A stretch of DNA of 64,000 bases. Origin: a virus (lineage: Duplodnaviria; Caudoviricetes). Below are positions 9,139 through 16,484 of this stretch, in pieces; the stretch's first letter is position 1, and every line of letters begins with the position of its first letter. A program made the translations under genes and the position numbers. The notes beneath the pieces are model-generated. The model had not been told where the DNA came from, ran no database searches, and was given only the letters and a program-made list of their open reading frames with translations. The stretch spans positions 1 to 64,000 of IMG/VR virus record IMGVR_UViG_3300003316_000399; one strand, written 5' to 3'.

Positions 9139-9558
9139 TTATTGAGGGTAAAAACGAGTATCATTTTCAATAGTAAAAATTGTGGCATTAATACTTTGCG
9201 GAAATTCATCTACCATGATTGTGTTTATGTCTTGCCGCGCGATATACTCATCACGTTTCGCACGCACCACACGGCAAGCCTGCTCGTATGCACGGAATGC
9301 TTCACGTGACGCCTGACGTTCCTCATCGGAGGGTGTATAACCATTATATGTCGCAAAGGAATGGCGAAACACAGCACCGTGTGTAAATGGTGGATACGGC
9401 TCATACATGTCAGATTGTCGCCATAGAATATCTTTAATACATCGATTTACTGACATTTTCAAATTCTTAATCGATGTAAATACACGCGGACTTCTGCTCC
9501 ATTCCATACGACCATTCCAATAAAGCATCGTAGCGTTATGTTGTAGCACAAATGCCAT
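9139..9558 (-). CDS. hypothetical protein
   Basis: ORF with AAGGAG RBS. Confidence 0.6.
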   Translation of the reverse strand: MAFVLQHNATMLYWNGRMEWSRSPRVFTSIKNLKMSVNRCIKDILWRQSDMYEPYPPFTHGAVFRHSFATYNGYTPSDEERQASREAFRAYEQACRVVRAKRDEYIARQDINTIMVDEFPQSINATIFTIENDTRFYPQ

Positions 9559-9584
9559 AGTTTTCTCCTTGTCACGAGTAGCGA

Positions 9585-10004
9585 TTATGCGAACAAGCCA
9601 TAGCCGCCGATAAATAGTTCTGTATCCGCGCTTGACAATCGTTTGTACACAAAATTTGAATCGCCAGCTCGAACAATGGTTAAAAATAAATCTACAAATT
9701 CATCAGCTGTAATGAATGGTGTTTGACCACGCCCCCAATCCTCCTTGAACTCTTGCCACCAATACATATTCTGTACGCGGTATCCGATGCGCCGCATCGC
9801 AAACAGCTGTGTGGCGGAAAGACTGCAATCTTCATAATCCTCAGCAACAGTAGTTAAACATCCCGCGTCAAACTCAGATAGCGCACGGGTGTACGCAGCC
9901 TGGATTTCTTCTCGACTAAGGTTCGATTCAATAACATATGTATCTCTCTTACCATGACCATCATCAGATTCATCACCAATGATCAATGATAATATGTGGC
10001 TCAT
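9585..10004 (-). CDS. conserved phage hypothetical protein
   Basis: IGDESDDGHGK...IGGYGLF pattern; RBS. Confidence 0.6.
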   Translation of the reverse strand: MSHILSLIIGDESDDGHGKRDTYVIESNLSREEIQAAYTRALSEFDAGCLTTVAEDYEDCSLSATQLFAMRRIGYRVQNMYWWQEFKEDWGRGQTPFITADEFVDLFLTIVRAGDSNFVYKRLSSADTELFIGGYGLFA

Positions 10005-10048
10005 TGCTTCTCCAAATTCTCAATCGCTTATCCTAAAAGAATACATGT

Positions 10049-10345
10049 CTAAAGAGTACACACTTTATTCAACGCGAGATCAATTTCGTACAAATGCATA
10101 CTATAATAGCCATTAGTGTCTGTAACAGTCCAGGTTACAATCCAATAACACTCATTTCCATCGTATTCAACAACAACGTCTCTGAATTCTCGTCTGCCTG
10201 CGTAATATTCCCCCAAATACCATAAAACAATTTCATCAATAGAATCCAAATCGGTCTGAAAAACACTTCTATCATCTTCATTCAGAGCAATGAAGGTGCA
10301 GATGCGCATTGTGAAAAACTCCTTATGTTCTATGAAAAATTTCAC
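10049..10345 (-). CDS. hypothetical protein
   Basis: ORF; probable internal start MRICTF. Confidence 0.5.
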   Translation of the reverse strand: MKFFIEHKEFFTMRICTFIALNEDDRSVFQTDLDSIDEIVLWYLGEYYAGRREFRDVVVEYDGNECYWIVTWTVTDTNGYYSMHLYEIDLALNKVCTL

Positions 10346-10366
10346 TAAGATCGATAAACAACGTAT

Positions 10367-10603
10367 TTAATCATCTTCACATTTCTTGTACATTAAATCT
10401 TCAATAAAGGAGAGAAAACAATGCACAAGTATAGTACCTGCGCCGAGACCGGCGGTTAAAAATACCAGTGCAAACACACCGGCTATGTCAAAAGCAAAAT
10501 ATGGCAGCATCTCTTTCACAAACCACATCATAGATGCAATGGTGAAGCTTGCGCCAATTATCGAGCTGATCAGCAAGACAATTTTAGTCAAATATGCTGC
10601 CAT
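10367..10603 (-). CDS. small membrane protein (2 TM)
   Basis: Two hydrophobic segments; AAGGAGG RBS. Confidence 0.6.
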   Translation of the reverse strand: MAAYLTKIVLLISSIIGASFTIASMMWFVKEMLPYFAFDIAGVFALVFLTAGLGAGTILVHCFLSFIEDLMYKKCEDD

Positions 10604-10651
10604 ATTTAATCTCCTCCTTTTCGGGAATATCGATTGTTTAATCCTCTGTAC

Positions 10652-10921
10652 CTAATCCTCTGTGCCAGGATCATAATTCGGGTTCGGTTCACCAATCCTC
10701 CCGGCATGAGCGTTACTTCCACATATTGGACAAGCCTCAACACCTGTATAACTATAACGACAACGACAATCCAAGCACATTACAATTACTGGTAGATATG
10801 GACCAGAGCCTGGCTCACGTGGCCTTGTTTCACGCTCGTGTAGACGACGTGCCTCACGCTCCCAGGCCCGGCCAGCGCACCAATTATCCCACTTTTCCCA
10901 CAACCATCTGATAAAATTCAT
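10652..10921 (-). CDS. small zinc-ribbon protein
   Basis: CLDC...CPICG; RBS and its own promoter. Confidence 0.6.
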   Translation of the reverse strand: MNFIRWLWEKWDNWCAGRAWEREARRLHERETRPREPGSGPYLPVIVMCLDCRCRYSYTGVEACPICGSNAHAGRIGEPNPNYDPGTED

Positions 10922-10953
10922 TGTAAAACTCCTCTAGTTTCCGTCCTATACAT

Positions 10954-10982
10954 AGTGTAACACAGTTTTACACGATTTTCAA
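10954..10982 (-). promoter_or_regulatory. sigma70-type promoter
   Basis: TTGAAA-17nt-TACACT with TGTGT extended -10. Confidence 0.7.
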
Positions 10983-11004
10983 CTCGTGTAAGCCATCAAC
11001 TATT

Positions 11005-11211
11005 CTAGCGACCCAATAACAATAGATCATACCAAACCATCGAAAGAATGATGCTAAGAATAATAGAAATCCATCCACTGATATGAATTAAATTACGCCA
11101 TCCCGTCCATCCCCGCCATGTACTGATTACAGACACAACGCCAAAAATAAATGTAACAATCGCAGCAATTCCTATAACATCCTTGCTGAGAGAGTGTAAA
11201 AACTTTACCAT
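11005..11211 (-). CDS. small membrane protein
   Basis: Two hydrophobic segments; GGAGG RBS. Confidence 0.55.
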   Translation of the reverse strand: MVKFLHSLSKDVIGIAAIVTFIFGVVSVISTWRGWTGWRNLIHISGWISIILSIILSMVWYDLLLLGR

Positions 11212-11426
11212 ATTTTATCCTCCCCACAGTTTAGTTGATGATTCTAAAAACAATGAGAATATATATAAAGATGAACAATCTAAAAATCACTTTTTCCATT
11301 CTTTTTCTGTTCTTTCATCCACATCTACCGCATCTTCCCCCGCACTCGTTTCCCCTGATTTAACAACAATATTATAAACGGTATTAAATTATTATGCAAA
11401 TTTACTACGTACATCATTCGCGATAG

Positions 11427-11687
11427 TTAATAATCAATAGTATTGTCAATATAAGCTATACCGCGTTCACACGCTGCGAGACAGCGATAATGTCTCATCG
11501 CCGGGCTTGTGAACCCATCGTTACGGAATATTTCTAACGCGTCGGCTTCGTTTTCAGCAAAGATATAAACCAGAGTATAATCAGAAGTAAAACCAGCCTC
11601 ATCAAGATCATAGCAGTAGAACAAAAACAATTTTAGCTCCCTTGTAGGAGCTACTATGTGGTCGGGGTCATATTTTGTATCAGCCAT
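11427..11687 (-). CDS. hypothetical protein
   Basis: ORF with AAGGAG RBS. Confidence 0.55.
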   Translation of the reverse strand: MADTKYDPDHIVAPTRELKLFLFYCYDLDEAGFTSDYTLVYIFAENEADALEIFRNDGFTSPAMRHYRCLAACERGIAYIDNTIDY

Positions 11688-11883
11688 CTGTAAAACTCCT
11701 TAAAAATGTCGTCGTCCATCGATCTATACTCGTTGTTGACAATAATATTGTGTACAGTCCCCCATCTCCTACCGAATGAGTCATGATACACTGTATTAAG
11801 CAGTGTACGTGACATGGAGGGAAGGCGACGAAACATATGAACTTCAGAAAGAGTGCGTCGTAGGTTGAGCATCGCACATACTC

Positions 11884-12264
11884 CTAGAAATTATATTGGA
11901 TATAGTCTGCGATCTCCAGAAAAGAATATGGCCTGCGATCTATTTCATAAGGATCTCCAATATCATTGCGGAGATCAACCTGCGCTAAATCTTCCAAACT
12001 CACATTAGCCCAGTTACACACTACTGACGGAGCTACCGCAAAACCAATTTGAGATGATGCTGAAAAACACATTTGATCAAAACGCGGATTTGGTCTACAC
12101 CAAGAAGAATCCTTGTGATCTTTTATGTATAAATCACACAACACACCCACTGCACAAAATGATCTGTTACCATCGGAATCCTCTACACAGAGCCAGCCGC
12201 GTGTTTGTGCATAATTTCCACTGCACAACGCCGCGATCCATCGTTCTTTGATTGATCGATCCAT
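11884..12264 (-). CDS. conserved phage hypothetical protein
   Basis: KERWIAALxSGxYxQ...FCAVGVLCD...SFxEIADYI pattern. Confidence 0.65.
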   Translation of the reverse strand: MDRSIKERWIAALCSGNYAQTRGWLCVEDSDGNRSFCAVGVLCDLYIKDHKDSSWCRPNPRFDQMCFSASSQIGFAVAPSVVCNWANVSLEDLAQVDLRNDIGDPYEIDRRPYSFLEIADYIQYNF

Positions 12265-12511
12265 TTAACCCTCCTGATCAAGTTCTTGACCTGTAATACG
12301 GACAACGTATCCAGCGCGATCGTAGTGATGTCGCAAATGAATATCATTAGAGTATAATGCTGCGCGCATAGTATCTTCACCAACACAGGAATATGGCGAG
12401 TAAACAAATCTCGCAACTGCTATTGCTACCAAAGCTAAATCACAAAATCGTCATCCATGGTTCTCTCCTCATTGATGTTTATCTATTGATTATCATTCGA
12501 TAATCCTGAAA

Positions 12512-12733
12512 TCACCGCTGCTCTATATAAGTCCAACGAACGACATTTTTTGTAGGTATAAACTGATTATATGTGCGCCAAGACTGCAGTTTGTAATAAT
12601 ACATACCCACATCAAATATTTTCTTCCATCCACGTGGCGTATATATTCTTAACTCAAGAAGAACAGTAACAGATACTGTTTCACCATCTGTAGGTTTAGG
12701 TAAAGACCCATCAGTAACCCAATCTAAACACAT
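12512..12733 (-). CDS. DUF551-like small hypothetical protein
   Basis: WVTDGSLP...VVRWT pattern. Confidence 0.4.
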   Translation of the reverse strand: MCLDWVTDGSLPKPTDGETVSVTVLLELRIYTPRGWKKIFDVGMYYYKLQSWRTYNQFIPTKNVVRWTYIEQR

Positions 12734-12874
12734 AAAAGATTACCCCCATTCAATTTTGCAAGGCCGGTGAGGTATCCAATCTTAGTATACACCAGATTTG
12801 CCCATTCTCCGTTTACTTTCCTTGCCTTGCAAGGGCTGATCAGGCCCTATAATCCATTCGATCGGTAGGACTAC

Positions 12875-12949
12875 TGGTACGCCTGACAGGAGTCGAACCT
12901 GCAACACTCGGCTTAAAAGGCCGCTGCGCTACCATTGCGCCACAGGCGT
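12875..12949 (-). tRNA. tRNA-Lys(UUU)
   Basis: ACGCCTG/CAGGCGT acceptor, CT-TTT-AA loop, GGTTCGACTCC T arm and encoded CCA. Confidence 0.93.
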
Positions 12950-12961
12950 GCAATAGCTAAA

Positions 12962-13032
12962 TGCATCTTGCGAGACTCGAACTCGCAACACCTGCTTGGA
13001 AGGCAGGCATGTTGCCATTACACCAAAGATGC
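12962..13032 (-). tRNA. tRNA-Gly(UCC), no encoded CCA
   Basis: GCATCTT/AAGATGC acceptor, CCTGC-CTTCCAA-GCAGG anticodon arm, TTCGAGT T loop; discriminator A. Confidence 0.9.
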
Positions 13033-13044
13033 ACATTAAAAAGG

Positions 13045-13109
13045 ACCGACCAGCTACAACATTGTAGGCGAATTGTGTACGACGCGGTAAAGACAATTCT
13101 CTGGTCGGT
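13045..13109 (-). ncRNA. putative structured small RNA (three-way junction)
   Basis: 9-bp closing stem ACCGACCAG/CTGGTCGGT enclosing hairpins GAATTGT/ACAATTC and CTACA/TGTAG; lies between tRNA genes. Confidence 0.5.
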
Positions 13110-13124
13110 AAGGAATAAATTAGC

Positions 13125-13228
13125 CACAGCCAGTAGGATTTGCACCTACAACAGTATTTCGGAGTGTGCATTCCCCGCTTTATCGGCTTATAAAAGCCGC
13201 CGTTTTTACTAATTAAACTATGGCTGTG
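13125..13228 (-). ncRNA. atypical tRNA-like RNA (8-nt anticodon loop, extra-long variable region)
   Basis: ACAGCCA/TGGCTGT acceptor, GTTT/AAAC D stem, CGGC-TTTTATAA-GCCG, extra hairpin CGGGG/CTCCG, GTAGG-TGCAAAT-CCTAC T arm. Confidence 0.7.
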
Positions 13229-13232
13229 ATAA

Positions 13233-13321
13233 TGGAGCGCAGCGGAATTGAACCGCTCTGCCGTCCACGAAGACGGCATATATGGCCCTGGCGTAAGGCC
13301 GGATCTTCCAGATCGCGCCCC
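13233..13321 (-). ncRNA. atypical tRNA-like RNA with alanine identity (G3:U70, A73)
   Basis: GGGGCGC/GCGCTCC-A acceptor, AGCGG-TTCAATT-CCGCT T arm, 7-bp extra arm TGCCGTC/GACGGCA, non-canonical D and anticodon arms. Confidence 0.7.
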
Positions 13322-13476
13322 ACAATATTAGATATTGTGTATGCCTGTCTCTCTGCTTTACTTGCGCTTACAGGCAACACCTTACGGTAAAAGGCAAGTT
13401 TTAAGGCTGCAGAGCTACCCACAGTCATTATAATTTCACGGTGTACGTCAGACTACGAATTAAGTACATCCGCACT

Positions 13477-13551
13477 TGGGAATGAGGACGGAATCGAACC
13501 GTCTCCGTGCGCTATCGCCGCACTACATCTACCAATGATGTTACGATTCCC
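13477..13551 (-). ncRNA. degenerate or atypical tRNA-like RNA (GAT at the anticodon position)
   Basis: ACATC/GATGT D stem, GTGCG-GCGATAG-CGCAC, GACGG-TTCGATT-CCGTC T arm, bulged GGGAAT/ATTCCC acceptor. Confidence 0.6.
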
Positions 13552-13553
13552 AA

Positions 13554-13629
13554 TGGTACGGGCGGAGGGACTCGAACCCCCGACGCGCTGTATATAAGAC
13601 AGCCGCTCTCACCTCTGAGCTACGCCCGT
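13554..13629 (-). tRNA. tRNA-Ile(UAU)
   Basis: ACGGGCG/CGCCCGT acceptor, GCTGT-CTTATAT-ACAGC anticodon arm, TTCGAGT T loop, A73 and encoded CCA. Confidence 0.9.
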
Positions 13630-13664
13630 ATTGAAAAATAAAAACGTAACAAAAACACAACTAA

Positions 13665-13693
13665 ATTGTAACACAGTGTACCATATTTGTCAA
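13665..13693 (-). promoter_or_regulatory. sigma70-type promoter of the tRNA/small-RNA cluster
   Basis: TTGACA-17nt-TACAAT with TGTGT extended -10, about 35 nt upstream of tRNA-Ile. Confidence 0.85.
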
Positions 13694-13821
13694 GCGGTTT
13701 TATAACCAGCCGGTAAAATCAGCCAATCTTTATTTATATCGATATCCATTTTACCCACTGGCCGCATCCAGCCGAAATTCATGTGAGCGGTAATCCTCTT
13801 GCGCAGTGGGCGACCACGATC

Positions 13822-14091
13822 TTATAATTCGGTGTCGTCTTTCCAGGCTAGGAGACTTTTAACAAAACCATCAATCACGTCAACAGGCCATAACAAAATA
13901 TAATAAAGATATTGGAGTACACTGAGATCGAGCATCAAACTTGTGCCATATGCATAGAAGCAACCCTTAATGATGTACAGAACAACAAATACGAATACAA
14001 GTACACGAAATATATCATTTGCCCACAGCATATTAAATAAGGACTCTTGCATTCCAATCCTCCTCAGATGATTCCACGAATGGATGGTCAA
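13822..14091 (-). CDS. small membrane protein
   Basis: Hydrophobic segments; probable start MQESLF. Confidence 0.5.
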   Translation of the reverse strand: MTIHSWNHLRRIGMQESLFNMLWANDIFRVLVFVFVVLYIIKGCFYAYGTSLMLDLSVLQYLYYILLWPVDVIDGFVKSLLAWKDDTEL

Positions 14092-14545
14092 AATGTCCAG
14101 CTACTGCAATAAATCTTTGTATCGTAGGATCAATTTCCCAGTTAGGTGTTTTATCTTTGTTATATACCCATCTACGTGTTTCCAGAAGATAGGGTACTAA
14201 CTCTTCTAAATACATATAATCAACTTCCTCGGAATAATATCCATTTGATTCACCAATCCATTTTACTGTAACAGTACCGCGTACTGTTGAGAAAGTGTAA
14301 AATGTGTACGTTACGTGTGAGACACGAGTGAAACTTTCTGCTTGAAGCAAAGGCACGCCGATGAGATTCTTTAAATCTCCTACAATATCGTCAATCATCA
14401 CATGCTCGCAACAACTCTGGTCGTGGTAAAAACGATGAAAACCGTTCCCAGTCACAAAAATAAGCTCTTCATTATCTCTTTGTTTAAGAATTACTGTAAT
14501 AACCTGGTCAAGCATTTTATCAAATACAACGATTTCTTCTGCCAT
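14033..14545 (-). CDS. conserved phage hypothetical protein
   Basis: YHDQSCCEHV...GDL...TFY...GESNGYYSE motif common in phage genomes. Confidence 0.7.
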   Translation of the reverse strand: MAEEIVVFDKMLDQVITVILKQRDNEELIFVTGNGFHRFYHDQSCCEHVMIDDIVGDLKNLIGVPLLQAESFTRVSHVTYTFYTFSTVRGTVTVKWIGESNGYYSEEVDYMYLEELVPYLLETRRWVYNKDKTPNWEIDPTIQRFIAVAGHFDHPFVESSEEDWNARVLI

Positions 14546-14585
14546 TTACATTCCTTCCGTATATTACTCATGTGGCTACGCGTGC

Positions 14586-14861
14586 TTAATATTTGCGATC
14601 CCAGTAAGTAGATATTACTACGTGAAACCAATACTCGGTTGTGTAGGATGACATTGCTCCTTGCCGAACCCGAGCTGCTCTCGATAAAACAGCATTAACA
14701 GATTTATGATCCATTGTATCACAAACTAAAAGAATATTGAGAAGATTATTTGCGCAAATCCAATAACAAAAAGCCTGCTCTCCTTTCGGTTCACCAATCT
14801 CATCAATGATTGATCGAATATCTTCAACGATGCATTTAACTTCATGAGTGATATGTTCCAT
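14586..14861 (-). CDS. hypothetical protein
   Basis: ORF with GGAGG RBS. Confidence 0.55.
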   Translation of the reverse strand: MEHITHEVKCIVEDIRSIIDEIGEPKGEQAFCYWICANNLLNILLVCDTMDHKSVNAVLSRAARVRQGAMSSYTTEYWFHVVISTYWDRKY

Positions 14862-14884
14862 TGAGCCTCCTAATAAAATCGAAA

Positions 14885-15268
14885 TTAAAGCTTATTTGTA
14901 GGACCCTCATATTTCTTTTTCAGCCGCTCATATAGCGCCAATTCCTTTGCCTCTTTATCGGCAGCAGTTTCGGCAGCTCGTCGCGCAATTTCCGAGAGAC
15001 GAATATCCCATTCCTCATCTGTCTCTGGACGAGTTCCCTGAATATAAAAGCGAGGAGTGATCTCTCGGTAATATCCTTCCTCATAATCCAATCTAACGCA
15101 AATACGTTCAATCCTTTCAGATTTTGCCCTCTTCTGAATCTCAGAAATATCTTGAACAAGCTTGTCAAAATCCATCCCATACGGTGTTGCTGGATATAGC
15201 ATTACAGTCACAATATTTCTTGGATGTTGTTTGCGCAAATAATCGAGATCTTTACTCAGATTGCTCAT
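14885..15268 (-). CDS. hypothetical protein, paralogue of 15252..15647
   Basis: KQHPR...RIERI...RPETDEEWDIRL...YERLK. Confidence 0.65.
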   Translation of the reverse strand: MSNLSKDLDYLRKQHPRNIVTVMLYPATPYGMDFDKLVQDISEIQKRAKSERIERICVRLDYEEGYYREITPRFYIQGTRPETDEEWDIRLSEIARRAAETAADKEAKELALYERLKKKYEGPTNKL

Positions 15269-15647
15269 TCTCGAACTCCTGTTTCAAACGCTCATAATCC
15301 TCACGACGCCTACCTTTGTTCCAAATATCATACGCCAATATATTACGAAGGCGGGCTTCCCATTGGGCATCACTTTCAGGAACATATCCCTCTAATGCAG
15401 CAGATCGATCCTCACGCGGATATCCTTCTGCGTCAACATGACATTCAATTGTTACATGAATTCGTTCAATCCGATCACGAACGGCGCGAGCGCGAACTCG
15501 ATTAATCACGTCTTGTAGCGTATCAATTGTCATATCCTCATAAATACTGTCAAGGTATATGGGCATAAAACCGCGCGGGTGTTTAATACGTAACGCATCG
15601 GTTACTTCTACCGCGTCATAGGCTTGCTGATAATTCTTATAAACCAT
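15252..15647 (-). CDS. hypothetical protein, paralogue of 14885..15268
   Basis: IKHPR...RIERI...VPESDAQWEARL...YERLK. Confidence 0.65.
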   Translation of the reverse strand: MVYKNYQQAYDAVEVTDALRIKHPRGFMPIYLDSIYEDMTIDTLQDVINRVRARAVRDRIERIHVTIECHVDAEGYPREDRSAALEGYVPESDAQWEARLRNILAYDIWNKGRRREDYERLKQEFENEQSE

Positions 15648-15649
15648 TT

Positions 15650-15973
15650 TTACATCCTTATCTTTGAAACAGGAACAGCGAACAATTTCATTGCAATAAA
15701 CTTTGCAATGTTACCAGACCAACTCTGCACGAAAAGCGATTGCCCTTCGCGAGTTTTTTGTATTACTTCTATGGCATTCGCATCACAAAATAACCAAACA
15801 CGATGCCACACTGCTTGCAATTCGTCTCCATCAGCACTAATAGCGTACAGATCATGTGTATCTTTGTATCGCTGTACAAGATCTGGTAACGATACATTAT
15901 CGCTAACGCGCCAATGAGCAATAAAATTAAGACATGTATCATGATTTTTTGCCATGAACTCGATAATCATCAC
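15650..15973 (-). CDS. hypothetical protein
   Basis: ORF with AAGGAG RBS. Confidence 0.55.
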   Translation of the reverse strand: MMIIEFMAKNHDTCLNFIAHWRVSDNVSLPDLVQRYKDTHDLYAISADGDELQAVWHRVWLFCDANAIEVIQKTREGQSLFVQSWSGNIAKFIAMKLFAVPVSKIRM

Positions 15974-16005
15974 AATGAGTTCTCCTTATGCGACTCTTGA
16001 TATTT

Positions 16006-16091
16006 TGGTACCAGGGACGGGACTCGAACCCGTACGGGGTTGCCCCCAGCAGTTTTTAAGACTGTTGCGTCTGCCATTTCGCCACCCTGGC
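16006..16091 (-). tRNA. tRNA-Leu(UAA)
   Basis: GCCAGGG acceptor, TGGCGAAATGGCAGACGC D arm, CT-TAA-AA loop, class II variable arm GGGG-CAA-CCCC and encoded CCA. Confidence 0.95.
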
Positions 16092-16152
16092 CTAAATCGC
16101 CCGTATCGACCGTATCGACCGGGCGATGCGTTGATCAATGCGTAACAATATA

Positions 16153-16181
16153 ACTGTACCACAGTTACACACATAATGCAA
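16153..16181 (-). promoter_or_regulatory. sigma70-type promoter upstream of tRNA-Leu
   Basis: TTGCAT-17nt-TACAGT with TGTGG extended -10. Confidence 0.65.
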
Positions 16182-16191
16182 CTTTACAAAA

Positions 16192-16476
16192 TTACCCACG
16201 CAAGAAATCTTGTGTGCAATCAATACCATTCAGCCGAACATATAACCGTCTTTGAACAGCATTAAGTGTCGTTTTGGATAAAAACTCTTGTATCTTATCT
16301 GACGACAATCGATAGGCAAAAATACTGTTGACCCAATCGTGGTATTTATTATAACGACCATCCACCATCAACACAATGTTATGGTTTGGAATAACAACAA
16401 TATCATCGTCGTACCCACGATATGTATCGGCATCATAACCATCTCCTGAGTCTCGTATAATGATAATGTCTGACAT
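16192..16476 (-). CDS. hypothetical protein
   Basis: ORF with GGAGG RBS. Confidence 0.6.
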   Translation of the reverse strand: MSDIIIIRDSGDGYDADTYRGYDDDIVVIPNHNIVLMVDGRYNKYHDWVNSIFAYRLSSDKIQEFLSKTTLNAVQRRLYVRLNGIDCTQDFLRG

Positions 16477-16484
16477 AGCCTCCC

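Noticed and set aside
12929-13428. ORFs 12929..13279, 12957..13145 and 13213..13428
   Set aside because: They overlap tRNA and tRNA-like genes and lack RBS or protein motifs
13325-13470. tmRNA tag reading frame (ATAATGACT GTG...SSAALKLA) or a permuted tmRNA
   Set aside because: No stop follows the ALKLA-like segment, and it lies upstream of, not inside, the Ala-acceptor element; the order does not fit one- or two-piece tmRNA
16096-16143. Hairpin with a CCGTATCGA duplication in the tRNA-Leu leader
   Set aside because: Short; adequately explained as leader structure, with no evidence for a separate element
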